Shown: piece after piece, positions 11,087 through 20,167 of the stretch
How the letters are laid out: each line of letters starts with the position of its first letter
Position numbering within the stretch: position 1 is the first letter of the stretch
NCBI GenBank assembly: GCA_023145315.1
Contig: JAGLEA010000028.1
Span: forward strand, 1 to 32,986
Direction of reading: 5' to 3'
DNA: 32,986 nt
Source of the DNA: Psychrilyobacter sp.
GTDB taxonomy: Bacteria; Fusobacteriota; Fusobacteriia; Fusobacteriales; Fusobacteriaceae
The notes under the pieces: generated by a model
What the model saw: only the letters and a program-made list of their open reading frames with translations
Told to the model about the DNA's origin: nothing
Database searches by the model: none
Position numbers and translations under genes: made by a program

Positions 11087-12523
11087 ATGAAAACAAAAGT
11101 ATTGTTTGTAACTAGTGAAGCACATCCGTTTGCAAAAAGTGGTGGATTAGGAGACGTAGCTTATTCTTTACCTAAAGCTCTTGTAAAAAATACAGATGTT
11201 AGAGTTATTATGCCTAAGTACAGTAGTATTCATGACAAGTATTCTATTGATATGGAGTTTATAGAAAAGTTTTCAACAAATGTAGCTTGGAGAGAAAAAT
11301 ATGTTGGCTTATTTAAAACTACTCTTGATAAAGTTCCATTTTATTTTATAGATAACCAAGACTATTTTGGTAGAGAAAATACTTATGGTTACTTTGATGA
11401 TGGTGAAAGGTTTGCATATTTTTCTAGAGCAGTAATTGATGCGATAGAGCATATGGAAGATTTTATACCTGATGTAATTCATTGTAATGATTGGCAAAGT
11501 GCCTTAGTTCCTTTATTTTTAAAAGTGTTTTACGGAGAGAAGTATAAAGATACGAAGGTTATATTTACAATCCATAATTTAAAATTCCAAGGATTATATG
11601 GTAAAGAAGTTCTATTTGACATACTAGGATTAAATGAGTATTACTATACTGACGAAAGATTAAAGTATAAAGATGCTGTATCTTATATGAAAGCAGGAAT
11701 TATCTATTCTGACTTTGTGACTACAGTAAGCGAAACATATGCAGAAGAGATCAAAAGTCCATTTTTCGGTGAAGGATTAGAAGGATTATTTCAAAAGTAT
11801 GATTACAAAGTTCAAGGTATAGTAAATGGAATTGATTACGATATGTTTAATCCTAGAAGAGATAAGGAAATTCATACAAAATATGGAGTAAAAAATAGAG
11901 AGAAGAAAGTTGAAAACAAACTTGCCCTACAGAGAGAATTGAATTTAGTTGAAGATAAAGATATCCCTATAATTGGGATTATTACAAGATTTACTCCTCA
12001 AAAAGGTTTAGATCTAATTGCACATGTTTTAGAAGAAATTTTATTACTAGATGTTCAGTTAGTAATATTGGGAACTGGTGATCAAAACTATGAAGATTTA
12101 TTTAAGTACTATGCTCACTTATATCCGTCAAAATTATCTGCGAAAATAATGTTTGATCCTGATTTAGCAAAAAGAATATATGCAGGATCTGACATGTTCT
12201 TAATGCCGTCGTTATTTGAGCCATGTGGATTATCACAACTAATCTCAATGAGATACGGAACTCTACCTATTGTTAGAGAAACAGGTGGATTAAAAGATAC
12301 TGTAATTCCTTATAATGAATTTAGTAATGTAGGAACTGGGTTTGGTTTTGAAAATTATAATGCTCATGAAATGCTAGAATCTATAAAATATTCTTTAGAA
12401 ATATATAGAAAGCCAGATAGCTGGAATAACTTGGTAAAAAATGCTATGGAGAGGAAAAGTAGTTGGGCTAACGCAGCTAAAGAATATAAAAAAATATATA
12501 CACGATTATTAAAAAGAGGTTAG
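11087..12523 (+). CDS. glgA: Glycogen synthase
   Basis: KSGGLGDV, HCNDWQ, TIHNL, PSLFEPCGLSQL. Confidence 0.97.
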   Translation: MKTKVLFVTSEAHPFAKSGGLGDVAYSLPKALVKNTDVRVIMPKYSSIHDKYSIDMEFIEKFSTNVAWREKYVGLFKTTLDKVPFYFIDNQDYFGRENTYGYFDDGERFAYFSRAVIDAIEHMEDFIPDVIHCNDWQSALVPLFLKVFYGEKYKDTKVIFTIHNLKFQGLYGKEVLFDILGLNEYYYTDERLKYKDAVSYMKAGIIYSDFVTTVSETYAEEIKSPFFGEGLEGLFQKYDYKVQGIVNGIDYDMFNPRRDKEIHTKYGVKNREKKVENKLALQRELNLVEDKDIPIIGIITRFTPQKGLDLIAHVLEEILLLDVQLVILGTGDQNYEDLFKYYAHLYPSKLSAKIMFDPDLAKRIYAGSDMFLMPSLFEPCGLSQLISMRYGTLPIVRETGGLKDTVIPYNEFSNVGTGFGFENYNAHEMLESIKYSLEIYRKPDSWNNLVKNAMERKSSWANAAKEYKKIYTRLLKRG

Positions 12524-12535
12524 GAAGGGGTAATA

Positions 12536-14938
12536 ATGAAAACTACAAAGGATAAAATTCTTTTAGATATGAAAAGTATAGCTTTAACAATGTTTACAAA
12601 AGATTTTATAGATCTTGAAAGAGACGAACAGTATAAGGTATTTGCTACTGTAATCAAAAATTATATTTCAGAATACTGGTTAAAAAAGAATAAAGAAGTG
12701 AAAAATAGTGATAAAAAACAAGTATATTATTTCTCGTTAGAGTTCCTACTTGGCAAGATGTTAGAGTCAAATATTCTAAATTTAGGATTAGAAGAACCTT
12801 GTAAGGAAGCATTAGAAGAATTTGGAATTACTCTAAAGGATCTTGAAAAATACGATGCTGAACCTGGACTAGGAAATGCTGGATTAGGAAGATTTTCAGC
12901 ATGTTTTTTAGATTCTATGGCATCTGTAGGTGTTTTTGGTCATGGAAATGGAATCCGTTATGATTACGGATTATTTGAACAAAAAATAGTTAACGGTGAG
13001 CAAATAGAAGGACCTGATAATTGGTTAAAAAATGGATTTGTATGGGAAACTAAAAAAAATCATCAATCACAAACTGTAAAATTTTATGGTGAAGTATCTT
13101 TGAAAGAGGTTGATGGGAAGTTGTTACCTGTCCATGTTGGTTATAACTCTGTCCTTGCTATCCCATATGATATACCTATCGTGGGATATCAAAATGAAGT
13201 AGTAAATACCCTAAGATTGTGGCAAGCAAAAATTAAAGGTAATGATTTTGATTTTAATTCATTTAGTTACGGTATTTTTTCTGAAATAGATGAAAAGAGA
13301 AGAAATGCAGAAGCAATCTCAAAATTATTATATCCTGATGATTCTACAGAGAGTGGGAAGATACTAAGGTTAAAACAAGAGTACTTCTTAGTTAGTGCAG
13401 GACTTCAAAATATAGTATCTTATTACGACCGTGAGAGAAAGCGTCCTGAAAGTTACCCTGATTTAATCAGTATCCAAATAAATGGAACAAGTTCTGCTCT
13501 TTGCATTGCAGAATTTATGAGGATATTAGTAGATGAAAAAAGGCTAGAGTGGAATGAAGCGTGGGAGATAACTCAAAAAGTTATGTCATTTACTAGTCAC
13601 ACTATAGCTACGAAATCTACTGGTAGATGGGAAATAGATAAGATTAGGAAAGTAATTCCGCGTGTCTATATGATTATAGAAGAGATTAACAGAAGATTTT
13701 GTGCTAAAATTTATAAAAAAACAAAGGATTGGGCTCTTGTAGAGAAGGTAGCAATTATTGAAAATAAGCATGTAAATATGCTAAATCTTACTGTTGTTGG
13801 ATGTCATTCAATAAATGGTGTTTCAGAACCTCATTCAGAAATTTTAAAGAAGAGTTTTTTTAAAACTTTATATGAATTAGAACCAGAAAAATTTAATAAT
13901 AAAACTAATGGGATAACTCATAGAAGATGGCTTTTGAAATCAAATAAAAATTTAACTAATCTATTGGATCATACAATAGGTGATGGGTGGAAGAAAGACA
14001 CTTTACTATTAGAAGAAATAGGAGAATATTCAGAAAATACAGATTTTTTGAATAAACTTCAAGATGTAAAATTTAGGAATAAAGAAAGCTTAGCTAAATT
14101 TATTTTTGAAGAAACAAAAATAGAAGTTGATATAAATTCTATTTTTGACACTCATATAAAGAGGTTTGATAGTTCTAAAAGACAACTTTTAACTGTATTG
14201 TATATTATATATCTTTATAATGAAATTATTGCTAACTCAGAATTTAATATGTATCCCAAAACTTTTATATTTTCTTCTAAAACAGCAGCAGGTAATTATC
14301 TAGCTAAAAGAACAATTAGGCTTATTAACCATATTGCAGAAATGATAAATAATGATGTGAGAGTCAATAAATTTATGAAAATAGTATTTATACCTAACTA
14401 TGGTGTTTCAAAAGCTGAAATAATAATTCCTGGAAGTGATATTAATGAACAAATATCTGCAATAGGAACAGAGGCTAGTGGAACTTCTAATATGAAATTT
14501 ATGATGAATGGAGCACTAACACTAGGGACTTATGAAGGATCAAATGTTGAGATGAGTAAGTATTTAGGAGAGGAAAATATATTTATATTTGGAATGAGAA
14601 GAGTTGAAAAAGAAGCTCTAGAGGCTAAAGATTTATATAACCCTATGAAAATTTTAAAAGAAAATAAGAAATTAATGAATGTAGTTGAAAAATTAAGAGA
14701 TGGAACGCTAGGAAGGGATTTTACTAGTCTTTATAGCTACTTAGTAGATGGAGATCGTTTTTATGTACTAAAGGATTTTGAAGCTTATTTAGAAGCACAA
14801 ATGAAGGTAGAGGCGTTATATACAAATCGTGTGAAATGGAACTCTATGGCAGCAAAAAATATAGCTAAATCAGGTATCTTTTCTGGAGATAATACTGTTA
14901 GAAAATATGCTAAAGAAATTTGGGATATAGAAGTTTAA
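12536..14938 (+). CDS. glgP: Glycogen/starch phosphorylase (GT35), divergent active site
   Basis: EASGTSNMKF PLP motif, LRLKQEYF, KTNGITHRRW; several invariant motifs are altered (see findings). Confidence 0.9.
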   Translation: MKTTKDKILLDMKSIALTMFTKDFIDLERDEQYKVFATVIKNYISEYWLKKNKEVKNSDKKQVYYFSLEFLLGKMLESNILNLGLEEPCKEALEEFGITLKDLEKYDAEPGLGNAGLGRFSACFLDSMASVGVFGHGNGIRYDYGLFEQKIVNGEQIEGPDNWLKNGFVWETKKNHQSQTVKFYGEVSLKEVDGKLLPVHVGYNSVLAIPYDIPIVGYQNEVVNTLRLWQAKIKGNDFDFNSFSYGIFSEIDEKRRNAEAISKLLYPDDSTESGKILRLKQEYFLVSAGLQNIVSYYDRERKRPESYPDLISIQINGTSSALCIAEFMRILVDEKRLEWNEAWEITQKVMSFTSHTIATKSTGRWEIDKIRKVIPRVYMIIEEINRRFCAKIYKKTKDWALVEKVAIIENKHVNMLNLTVVGCHSINGVSEPHSEILKKSFFKTLYELEPEKFNNKTNGITHRRWLLKSNKNLTNLLDHTIGDGWKKDTLLLEEIGEYSENTDFLNKLQDVKFRNKESLAKFIFEETKIEVDINSIFDTHIKRFDSSKRQLLTVLYIIYLYNEIIANSEFNMYPKTFIFSSKTAAGNYLAKRTIRLINHIAEMINNDVRVNKFMKIVFIPNYGVSKAEIIIPGSDINEQISAIGTEASGTSNMKFMMNGALTLGTYEGSNVEMSKYLGEENIFIFGMRRVEKEALEAKDLYNPMKILKENKKLMNVVEKLRDGTLGRDFTSLYSYLVDGDRFYVLKDFEAYLEAQMKVEALYTNRVKWNSMAAKNIAKSGIFSGDNTVRKYAKEIWDIEV

Positions 14939-14981
14939 TAAAAATACAACCTTCTAATTATTAGAGGGTTGTATTTTTATT
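14937..14981. terminator. Bidirectional terminator after glgP
   Basis: AATAAAAATACAACCTTCTAAT / ATTAGAGGGTTGTATTTTTATT inverted repeat between convergent genes. Confidence 0.85.
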
Positions 14982-14992
14982 TGTGATAATAT

Positions 14993-15421
14993 TTAATTTA
15001 AATAGATACTATAATTAGAAGTTTTAGTAGAATTCATTTGTTTATAAACTAAAAACAAATGAAATTTTTTAGTGATATCGTTAATAGATTTCGATTTAAA
15101 TTGGAATTCAACGTGTTCGTTCGGTGGGATAGTTAAAAAACTACCATAACTTGAGATTATATCAATATTAAAAGCTATTCCATTATAAATTATTTTAGAA
15201 AACTTATCATCTAAGGTAATAGTATCAGAACTGTGATTTTTAAGAGTTACTAAGACCTTATCTTCGGTTAATCCGTAACTAATATTTGTAATTTCTAAAA
15301 CTTTGTCATTTTTAGAAATTATATTAGGCTTTCTAGGAGTAAAAGTAAAACAAGATGTAAAGATAAAAATACTAGCTAAAATAAGTATAAAGTTTCTTAG
15401 TTGTTTATTCACAATTATCAA
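14993..15421 (-). CDS. Hypothetical lipoprotein
   Basis: Hydrophobic signal ending in the lipobox FTSC; beta-rich body. Start may be GTG at 15412. Confidence 0.7.
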   Translation of the reverse strand: MIIVNKQLRNFILILASIFIFTSCFTFTPRKPNIISKNDKVLEITNISYGLTEDKVLVTLKNHSSDTITLDDKFSKIIYNGIAFNIDIISSYGSFLTIPPNEHVEFQFKSKSINDITKKFHLFLVYKQMNSTKTSNYSIYLN

Positions 15422-15877
15422 CTAACTTCTAAGTCTAGTAGGAGAGTCTATAATCAACGTTACTGGGCCATCATTAAGCAAATCAACTTTCATATCAGCA
15501 CCAAACTCACCAGTCTCAACATGAACTCCTAAGCCTCTACACTTATTGATAAATTCTTCATACATAGGGATTGCTTTTTCTGGTCTAGCAGCATCTGTAA
15601 ATCCAGGTCTTCTACCCTTTTCACAATTACCATATAGAGTAAATTGTGAGATTATTAAAAGATCACCTTCTATATCAATAAGAGAATGATTCATCTTTCC
15701 GTTTTCATCTTCAAAAATACGTAGCCCTATAATTTTGTTTACCATCCAGTCTAATTCTTTCATATTATCTTCATCGTGAATTCCTAGTAGAACAACTAAC
15801 CCATTTTTAATTTTCCCAATGACTTTTTCATTTACTTCTACACTTGCTCTAGTAACTCTTTGCAAAACAACTCTCAA
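15422..15877 (-). CDS. dtd: D-aminoacyl-tRNA deacylase
   Basis: MRVVLQRV, SQFTL, GEFGADMKVDLLNDGPVT. Confidence 0.97.
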   Translation of the reverse strand: MRVVLQRVTRASVEVNEKVIGKIKNGLVVLLGIHDEDNMKELDWMVNKIIGLRIFEDENGKMNHSLIDIEGDLLIISQFTLYGNCEKGRRPGFTDAARPEKAIPMYEEFINKCRGLGVHVETGEFGADMKVDLLNDGPVTLIIDSPTRLRS

Positions 15878-15904
15878 TATACTCCTCCTTATTTACAAAT
15901 AAAC

Positions 15905-16705
15905 TTATATTTCAAATATTTCTTCTAATTTTTTAGCTACACCATTCTCAATATTTGTTTCTATAATTTCAAGGTTGGGAAGAGATTTTATCAATCGTGG
16001 GCTTCCATTTCCCATGATAAATCCTTTGTCAACAACACTTAACATCTCAAAATCATTTAATCCATCACCAAAAGCAATAGTTTCTTCTAATTTAAGGCCC
16101 TCTTTTTTTAGAAGCTCTACCAATGCAGTTGCTTTTGAAACATCCTTAGCTAAGACTTCTAAGCATATAGGAAGTGATTGAATAATAGTGGCTTTATCGC
16201 CAAACTTTTTTATAAATTCTAACTCTAAATTATGAATAACCTCTGGATCCTCATGAACATAGAAAAATTTTGTTATCTTGGTGTCTTTTAATTCAATTAG
16301 TGGTTTAACAGTATATAAAAATTCTGAATCCTTTTGAAATTCTTTTGTCCACTCAAGCTCTTCTTCTAAAAACCAACTGTCCTCACTATATATGTTAACA
16401 TGAATTTCAGGATTAATTTTTGCTTCTAGTATTTCATTTGATACTTCGATAGGTAAATCATGAGAGATGATTAAGTTATCGTTTTCATCATGAACTCTCG
16501 CACCATTATTAGTTATCATAGTACTTTTTAAATTAAATGATTTTTTAATTCCCATAACATCAGAATGATGTCGTCCAGTGGCAATAAAAAATTTAATCCC
16601 TTGATCTGTAATTTTTTTGATAACAGACTTTGTATATTCAGAAACCTTATGATCCCTTCCTAATAGTGTCCCATCTAAGTCTGAAATAATTGCTTTATAT
16701 TTCAT
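15905..16705 (-). CDS. Cof-type HAD-IIB hydrolase
   Basis: DLDGTLL, ATGR, SK, FGDGLNDFEM. Confidence 0.95.
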   Translation of the reverse strand: MKYKAIISDLDGTLLGRDHKVSEYTKSVIKKITDQGIKFFIATGRHHSDVMGIKKSFNLKSTMITNNGARVHDENDNLIISHDLPIEVSNEILEAKINPEIHVNIYSEDSWFLEEELEWTKEFQKDSEFLYTVKPLIELKDTKITKFFYVHEDPEVIHNLELEFIKKFGDKATIIQSLPICLEVLAKDVSKATALVELLKKEGLKLEETIAFGDGLNDFEMLSVVDKGFIMGNGSPRLIKSLPNLEIIETNIENGVAKKLEEIFEI

Positions 16706-16734
16706 ATTAATCCCCCCTATTATTATTTCTATTT

Positions 16735-16743
16735 ATTATAGCA
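16735..16743 (-). promoter_or_regulatory. Extended -10 for the cof-dtd operon
   Basis: TGcTATAAT on the minus strand. Confidence 0.55.
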
Positions 16744-16800
16744 TAAAATTCTATATAACTTTAAAAAGTCGAAAGAAATATAGGTTAAAGTATAAATAAA

Positions 16801-16809
16801 TGATATAAT
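16801..16809 (+). promoter_or_regulatory. Extended -10 for the hydE-ldt operon
   Basis: TGaTATAAT about 35 nt upstream of the ATG. Confidence 0.55.
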
Positions 16810-16843
16810 GACTATGTAAATATGAAGTATTACAGGAGGATTT

Positions 16844-17941
16844 ATGAATAATATAGAGGAAATATTAAAGAAGAAAAAATTAACAAAAGAAGATCTATTA
16901 ATATTGATAAATACAGAAAAAGCTGAAGATATAGATAGAATATATAGAAAGGCATACGAAGTGAAGTTAGAAAATATAGGAAATAAAGTATATTATAGAG
17001 GTCTTATTGAGATTGGAAATAAATGTATTAAAAATTGCCTTTACTGTGGGATTCGTCGAGAAAATAAAAAAATAGAATTTTTTGAGATGACTAGGGAAGA
17101 AATACTTGAAAGTGCAAAATGGATATATGAAAATGGATTTGCCTCTATCGCTCTCCAAGCAGGTGAAAGAAAAGACGAGGACTTTGTAAACTTTATAGAG
17201 GAGTTGCTTATCGATATAAAGAAAATTTCGAATAATAAGTTAGGTGTAACACTTTCATTAGGAGAACAGACTTACGAAACATATAAACGATGGTATGATG
17301 TAGGAGCTCACAGATACCTATTGAGGATAGAAAGTTCAAATAAAGATATTTATAATACACTTCATCCTAGTGATCCATTGCATAATCATGATACACGTAT
17401 AGAGTGCTTAATGGATTTACGAAAAATAGGGTATCAAGTAGGTACAGGAGTCATGATTGGATTACCAGGTCAAACAACAAATGATCTAGTAGATGACATC
17501 TTATTTTATGAAAAAATGGATATTGATATGATAGGAATGGGTCCATATATTCTACATGATGACACACCTATGGGGATAAAATATAAAAATGAAGTTATTA
17601 GTGTAGAAAAACGTGTTGAGCTAGGATTAAAGATGATAGCACTAACTCGCATCTATCTGAAAGATGTAAATATAGCGGCTACAACTGCCCTACAAGGACT
17701 AGACCCTATGGGTCGTGAAAAAGGACTAAAGGCAGGGGCTAATATCTTGATGCCAACAGCAACGATAGAGGAGCATAAAGCAAAATATCAGTTGTATAAT
17801 GATAAACCAGGAATATCAGATAATGCGAGGGAGAGTAAGGAATATCTAGATCGAAGTGTAAAAGCTGTAGGAGATCAAATTATTTATGATGATTGGGGAG
17901 ATTCACCTCATTTTAGAAAGAAAAAAATGGAGGAAATATGA
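16844..17941 (+). CDS. hydE: [FeFe]-hydrogenase H-cluster maturase HydE-like radical SAM protein
   Basis: RGLIE..N.CIKNCLYCGIR (CxxxCxxC), RYLLRIE, GVMIGLPGQT, GANILMP, YQLY motif. Confidence 0.85.
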   Translation: MNNIEEILKKKKLTKEDLLILINTEKAEDIDRIYRKAYEVKLENIGNKVYYRGLIEIGNKCIKNCLYCGIRRENKKIEFFEMTREEILESAKWIYENGFASIALQAGERKDEDFVNFIEELLIDIKKISNNKLGVTLSLGEQTYETYKRWYDVGAHRYLLRIESSNKDIYNTLHPSDPLHNHDTRIECLMDLRKIGYQVGTGVMIGLPGQTTNDLVDDILFYEKMDIDMIGMGPYILHDDTPMGIKYKNEVISVEKRVELGLKMIALTRIYLKDVNIAATTALQGLDPMGREKGLKAGANILMPTATIEEHKAKYQLYNDKPGISDNARESKEYLDRSVKAVGDQIIYDDWGDSPHFRKKKMEEI

Positions 17942-19425
17942 AGAAAATAATACTTCTAGTGATATCAACTATATTTTTATATAGTTGTGGTGTTAGAGAA
18001 GTTATGGCACCAATCCCTATTACAATGACAATTATAGAAAATAAAGAATACATATCAACTATTCCAGTAACTTTTAAAGTAGTCCCATTATACGTAAGGA
18101 ATATAACATATAAAGGAGAGCTACCACCTACTATCTATGCATTTACAAATCAATCATCTAATATAAGGAAATCTCCTAAAAAAGGAAGTCCACGGATAGC
18201 TGTGACAGTCCGACATGAAAAGATGGAAATCTTAGAAGTTGTTAAAAATGGTGGACTCATACAAAAAAGTAGAGTATGGTACAAAGTTAAAGCTAACGGA
18301 AGGATAGGATATATTCATTCATCAGTGGCTGTGAAAAGAGAGTTTAATTTCAAAAAAATGGCAGTAAGAGCTAGAAATTTGGATGTTTTTATAAAAAATG
18401 CTATGGATCAAAATAAAAAGTTAGCTAGGATAATAGCTTATGAGCCAGGATCAAAAGAGAAAGAGGGATTAAAAAAAGATAAGTACGGTAGTCGTGGAGA
18501 GCAGAGTATTGTAGGGAACTTCCCAGGTGCTAACGGTGAGATAAACTTTAGATATTTACAAGATGGACGAATAGTTAGTATAGAAAAAGAAGACGGAGAA
18601 AAGCTTATAGTTAAAATACCAGAGTCACAAATTGAATATACAATTGAGAAAAAATCAGTTAGGTACTTAAATTTTAAAGAAGGAATAAAAAAAATTATAA
18701 TTATTGACTTGAAAAATCAAGTAGAAGCAGTTTTTTTAAAACCAAATGAAGTTTGGGAATTGATTGGATATAATTTGATTACAAGTGGAAGAAATAATGA
18801 TAAACACGCATATGACACACCAAAGGGTGACTTTATAGTTCAGAATACACTGACATTCATTGTTTTTTCATATAAAGAAAAAGTATTAAAAGAAGATGCT
18901 ATTGAGAGAGAAGAAAAAGCAAAGAAAGCCTATGAAAAATCAGAAAAGAATCGTGTAGAAGAGGAATTAAAAGTACAAAAAGAAAGGGATAAACCACAGG
19001 AACAATTAGGCTTTTTCGGTATGATGGTATCTTCTATCGGTGGGGAAACTCCTACTAAAAATAATATTGTACAGCCCAAAAAAATAGTAGAGGCACAAAA
19101 ATACACTATTAAATATGCAGTAGAAGACTACGAAGAAGTAACTAAGTATTCTAGAGCAAACTACGGAATTAGGTTTAGTGGAGGAGGATACTTACATGGT
19201 ATTCCTTTAAAGGATGAGTCTGTAGAAAAGTTAGGTAGTGAAGAAAAAGTAATAGCGAGGAAAAAAATATCAGAATTAAATTTAGGAACATTTAGAGCAT
19301 CTCATAAATGTGTTAGAAATGTAGACGAATTTGAAAGTTTTCTATATCATGAATTTATCGGATATAAAAACGATGATGAACGGTGGAGGCTATCAAAAGA
19401 TAATATTTCAGTAATAGTATTTTAA
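17938..19425 (+). CDS. L,D-transpeptidase lipoprotein (SH3-like + YkuD domain)
   Basis: Lipobox FLYSC; SH3b-like NIRKSP...WYKV...GYIHS; IIIDLKNQ, TPKGDF, GGYLHG...SHKCVRN catalytic His/Cys. Confidence 0.85.
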   Translation: MKKIILLVISTIFLYSCGVREVMAPIPITMTIIENKEYISTIPVTFKVVPLYVRNITYKGELPPTIYAFTNQSSNIRKSPKKGSPRIAVTVRHEKMEILEVVKNGGLIQKSRVWYKVKANGRIGYIHSSVAVKREFNFKKMAVRARNLDVFIKNAMDQNKKLARIIAYEPGSKEKEGLKKDKYGSRGEQSIVGNFPGANGEINFRYLQDGRIVSIEKEDGEKLIVKIPESQIEYTIEKKSVRYLNFKEGIKKIIIIDLKNQVEAVFLKPNEVWELIGYNLITSGRNNDKHAYDTPKGDFIVQNTLTFIVFSYKEKVLKEDAIEREEKAKKAYEKSEKNRVEEELKVQKERDKPQEQLGFFGMMVSSIGGETPTKNNIVQPKKIVEAQKYTIKYAVEDYEEVTKYSRANYGIRFSGGGYLHGIPLKDESVEKLGSEEKVIARKKISELNLGTFRASHKCVRNVDEFESFLYHEFIGYKNDDERWRLSKDNISVIVF

Positions 19426-19462
19426 AAAAAGCTTGTATCTGGGCTACAGATACAAGCTTTTT
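19424..19462. terminator. Bidirectional terminator
   Basis: A7-GCTTGTATCTG-GGCTA-CAGATACAAGC-T5 between convergent genes. Confidence 0.9.
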
Positions 19463-19820
19463 ATTTGTCTAAATATTTGACCTTTACATCTAATTTATCT
19501 ACTAATGTTTGATAGCTAGTGATATTTGTAAGCTTTAAATCTATATCAAGGCTAAAAATACCAAGTCCTTTATCGTCTAAAATTATAGTTTTCTTTTCAA
19601 CAGTAATAACCATAGTATTGCCATCTAAGTCATACTCTTCAGGAATAATAATTTCAACAACCTTTCCTTTACTCCCTTGGATAGCTATGTTGATTCCTTT
19701 TACTGCAGTTCCTTTGTCACCTTCTACAACTACTCCAAAATTTATCGGATCAATACTTGTTATTTTTAATGAAAACGTTAAACTGCTAAGTAATAGAAAT
19801 AAAAATATTATTTTTTTCAT
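19461..19820 (-). CDS. Small secreted hypothetical protein (probable beta-sandwich)
   Basis: Sec signal MKKIIFLFLLLSSLTFS; alternating beta pattern; AGGAGG RBS. Confidence 0.75.
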   Translation of the reverse strand: MKKIIFLFLLLSSLTFSLKITSIDPINFGVVVEGDKGTAVKGINIAIQGSKGKVVEIIIPEEYDLDGNTMVITVEKKTIILDDKGLGIFSLDIDLKLTNITSYQTLVDKLDVKVKYLDK

Positions 19821-19978
19821 GCTAGTTACCTCCTAAATATATTAATATACATAGATTATACTATATTCTTCATAATTAAAATATATTTTTACTGAAAATA
19901 AAGTTGAATTATAATGTTTTTTAAAGAAATATTATTTTGGATAGGAAAAGAGAGGAACTTGTAGTAAACTCTAAGTAT

Positions 19979-20005
19979 AAAAAAAAGTAACTAGAAGTTA
20001 CTTTT
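19979..20005 (-). terminator. Terminator of tRNA-Arg
   Basis: AAAAGTAACT-AGA-AGTTACTTTT hairpin with a long T tail on the minus strand. Confidence 0.7.
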
Positions 20006-20020
20006 AAATATCTATTTATA

Positions 20021-20097
20021 TGGCGCACCTAATAGGAATCGAACCCATAACCCTCTGATCCGAAGTCAGATGCTCTATCCAATTGAGCTATAGATGC
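20021..20097 (-). tRNA. tRNA-Arg (anticodon TCG)
   Basis: Reverse complement GCATCTATAGCTCAATTGGATAGAGCATCTGACTTCGGATCAGAGGGTTATGGGTTCGATTCCTATTAGGTGCGCCA; 77 nt cloverleaf with CCA end. Confidence 0.97.
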
Positions 20098-20110
20098 AGA
20101 CCATGTAGAG

Positions 20111-20139
20111 ATTTTACCGTAAATTTGAATTAATGTCAA
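20111..20139 (-). promoter_or_regulatory. sigma70 promoter of tRNA-Arg
   Basis: TTGACA, 17 bp, TAAAAT on the minus strand. Confidence 0.8.
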
Positions 20140-20167
20140 TAAAAATAAAAGATGGAGTTGAATAAAA

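Noticed and set aside
17938-17941. TGA at the end of hydE as a selenocysteine codon
   Set aside because: It is a standard ATGA stop/start overlap; the protein is already full length and no SECIS-like hairpin is evident. No in-frame TGA selenoprotein was recognised in the window.
20021-20097. tRNA-Arg or selC as an island integration site
   Set aside because: No integrase and no duplicated tRNA 3' end seen in the window.
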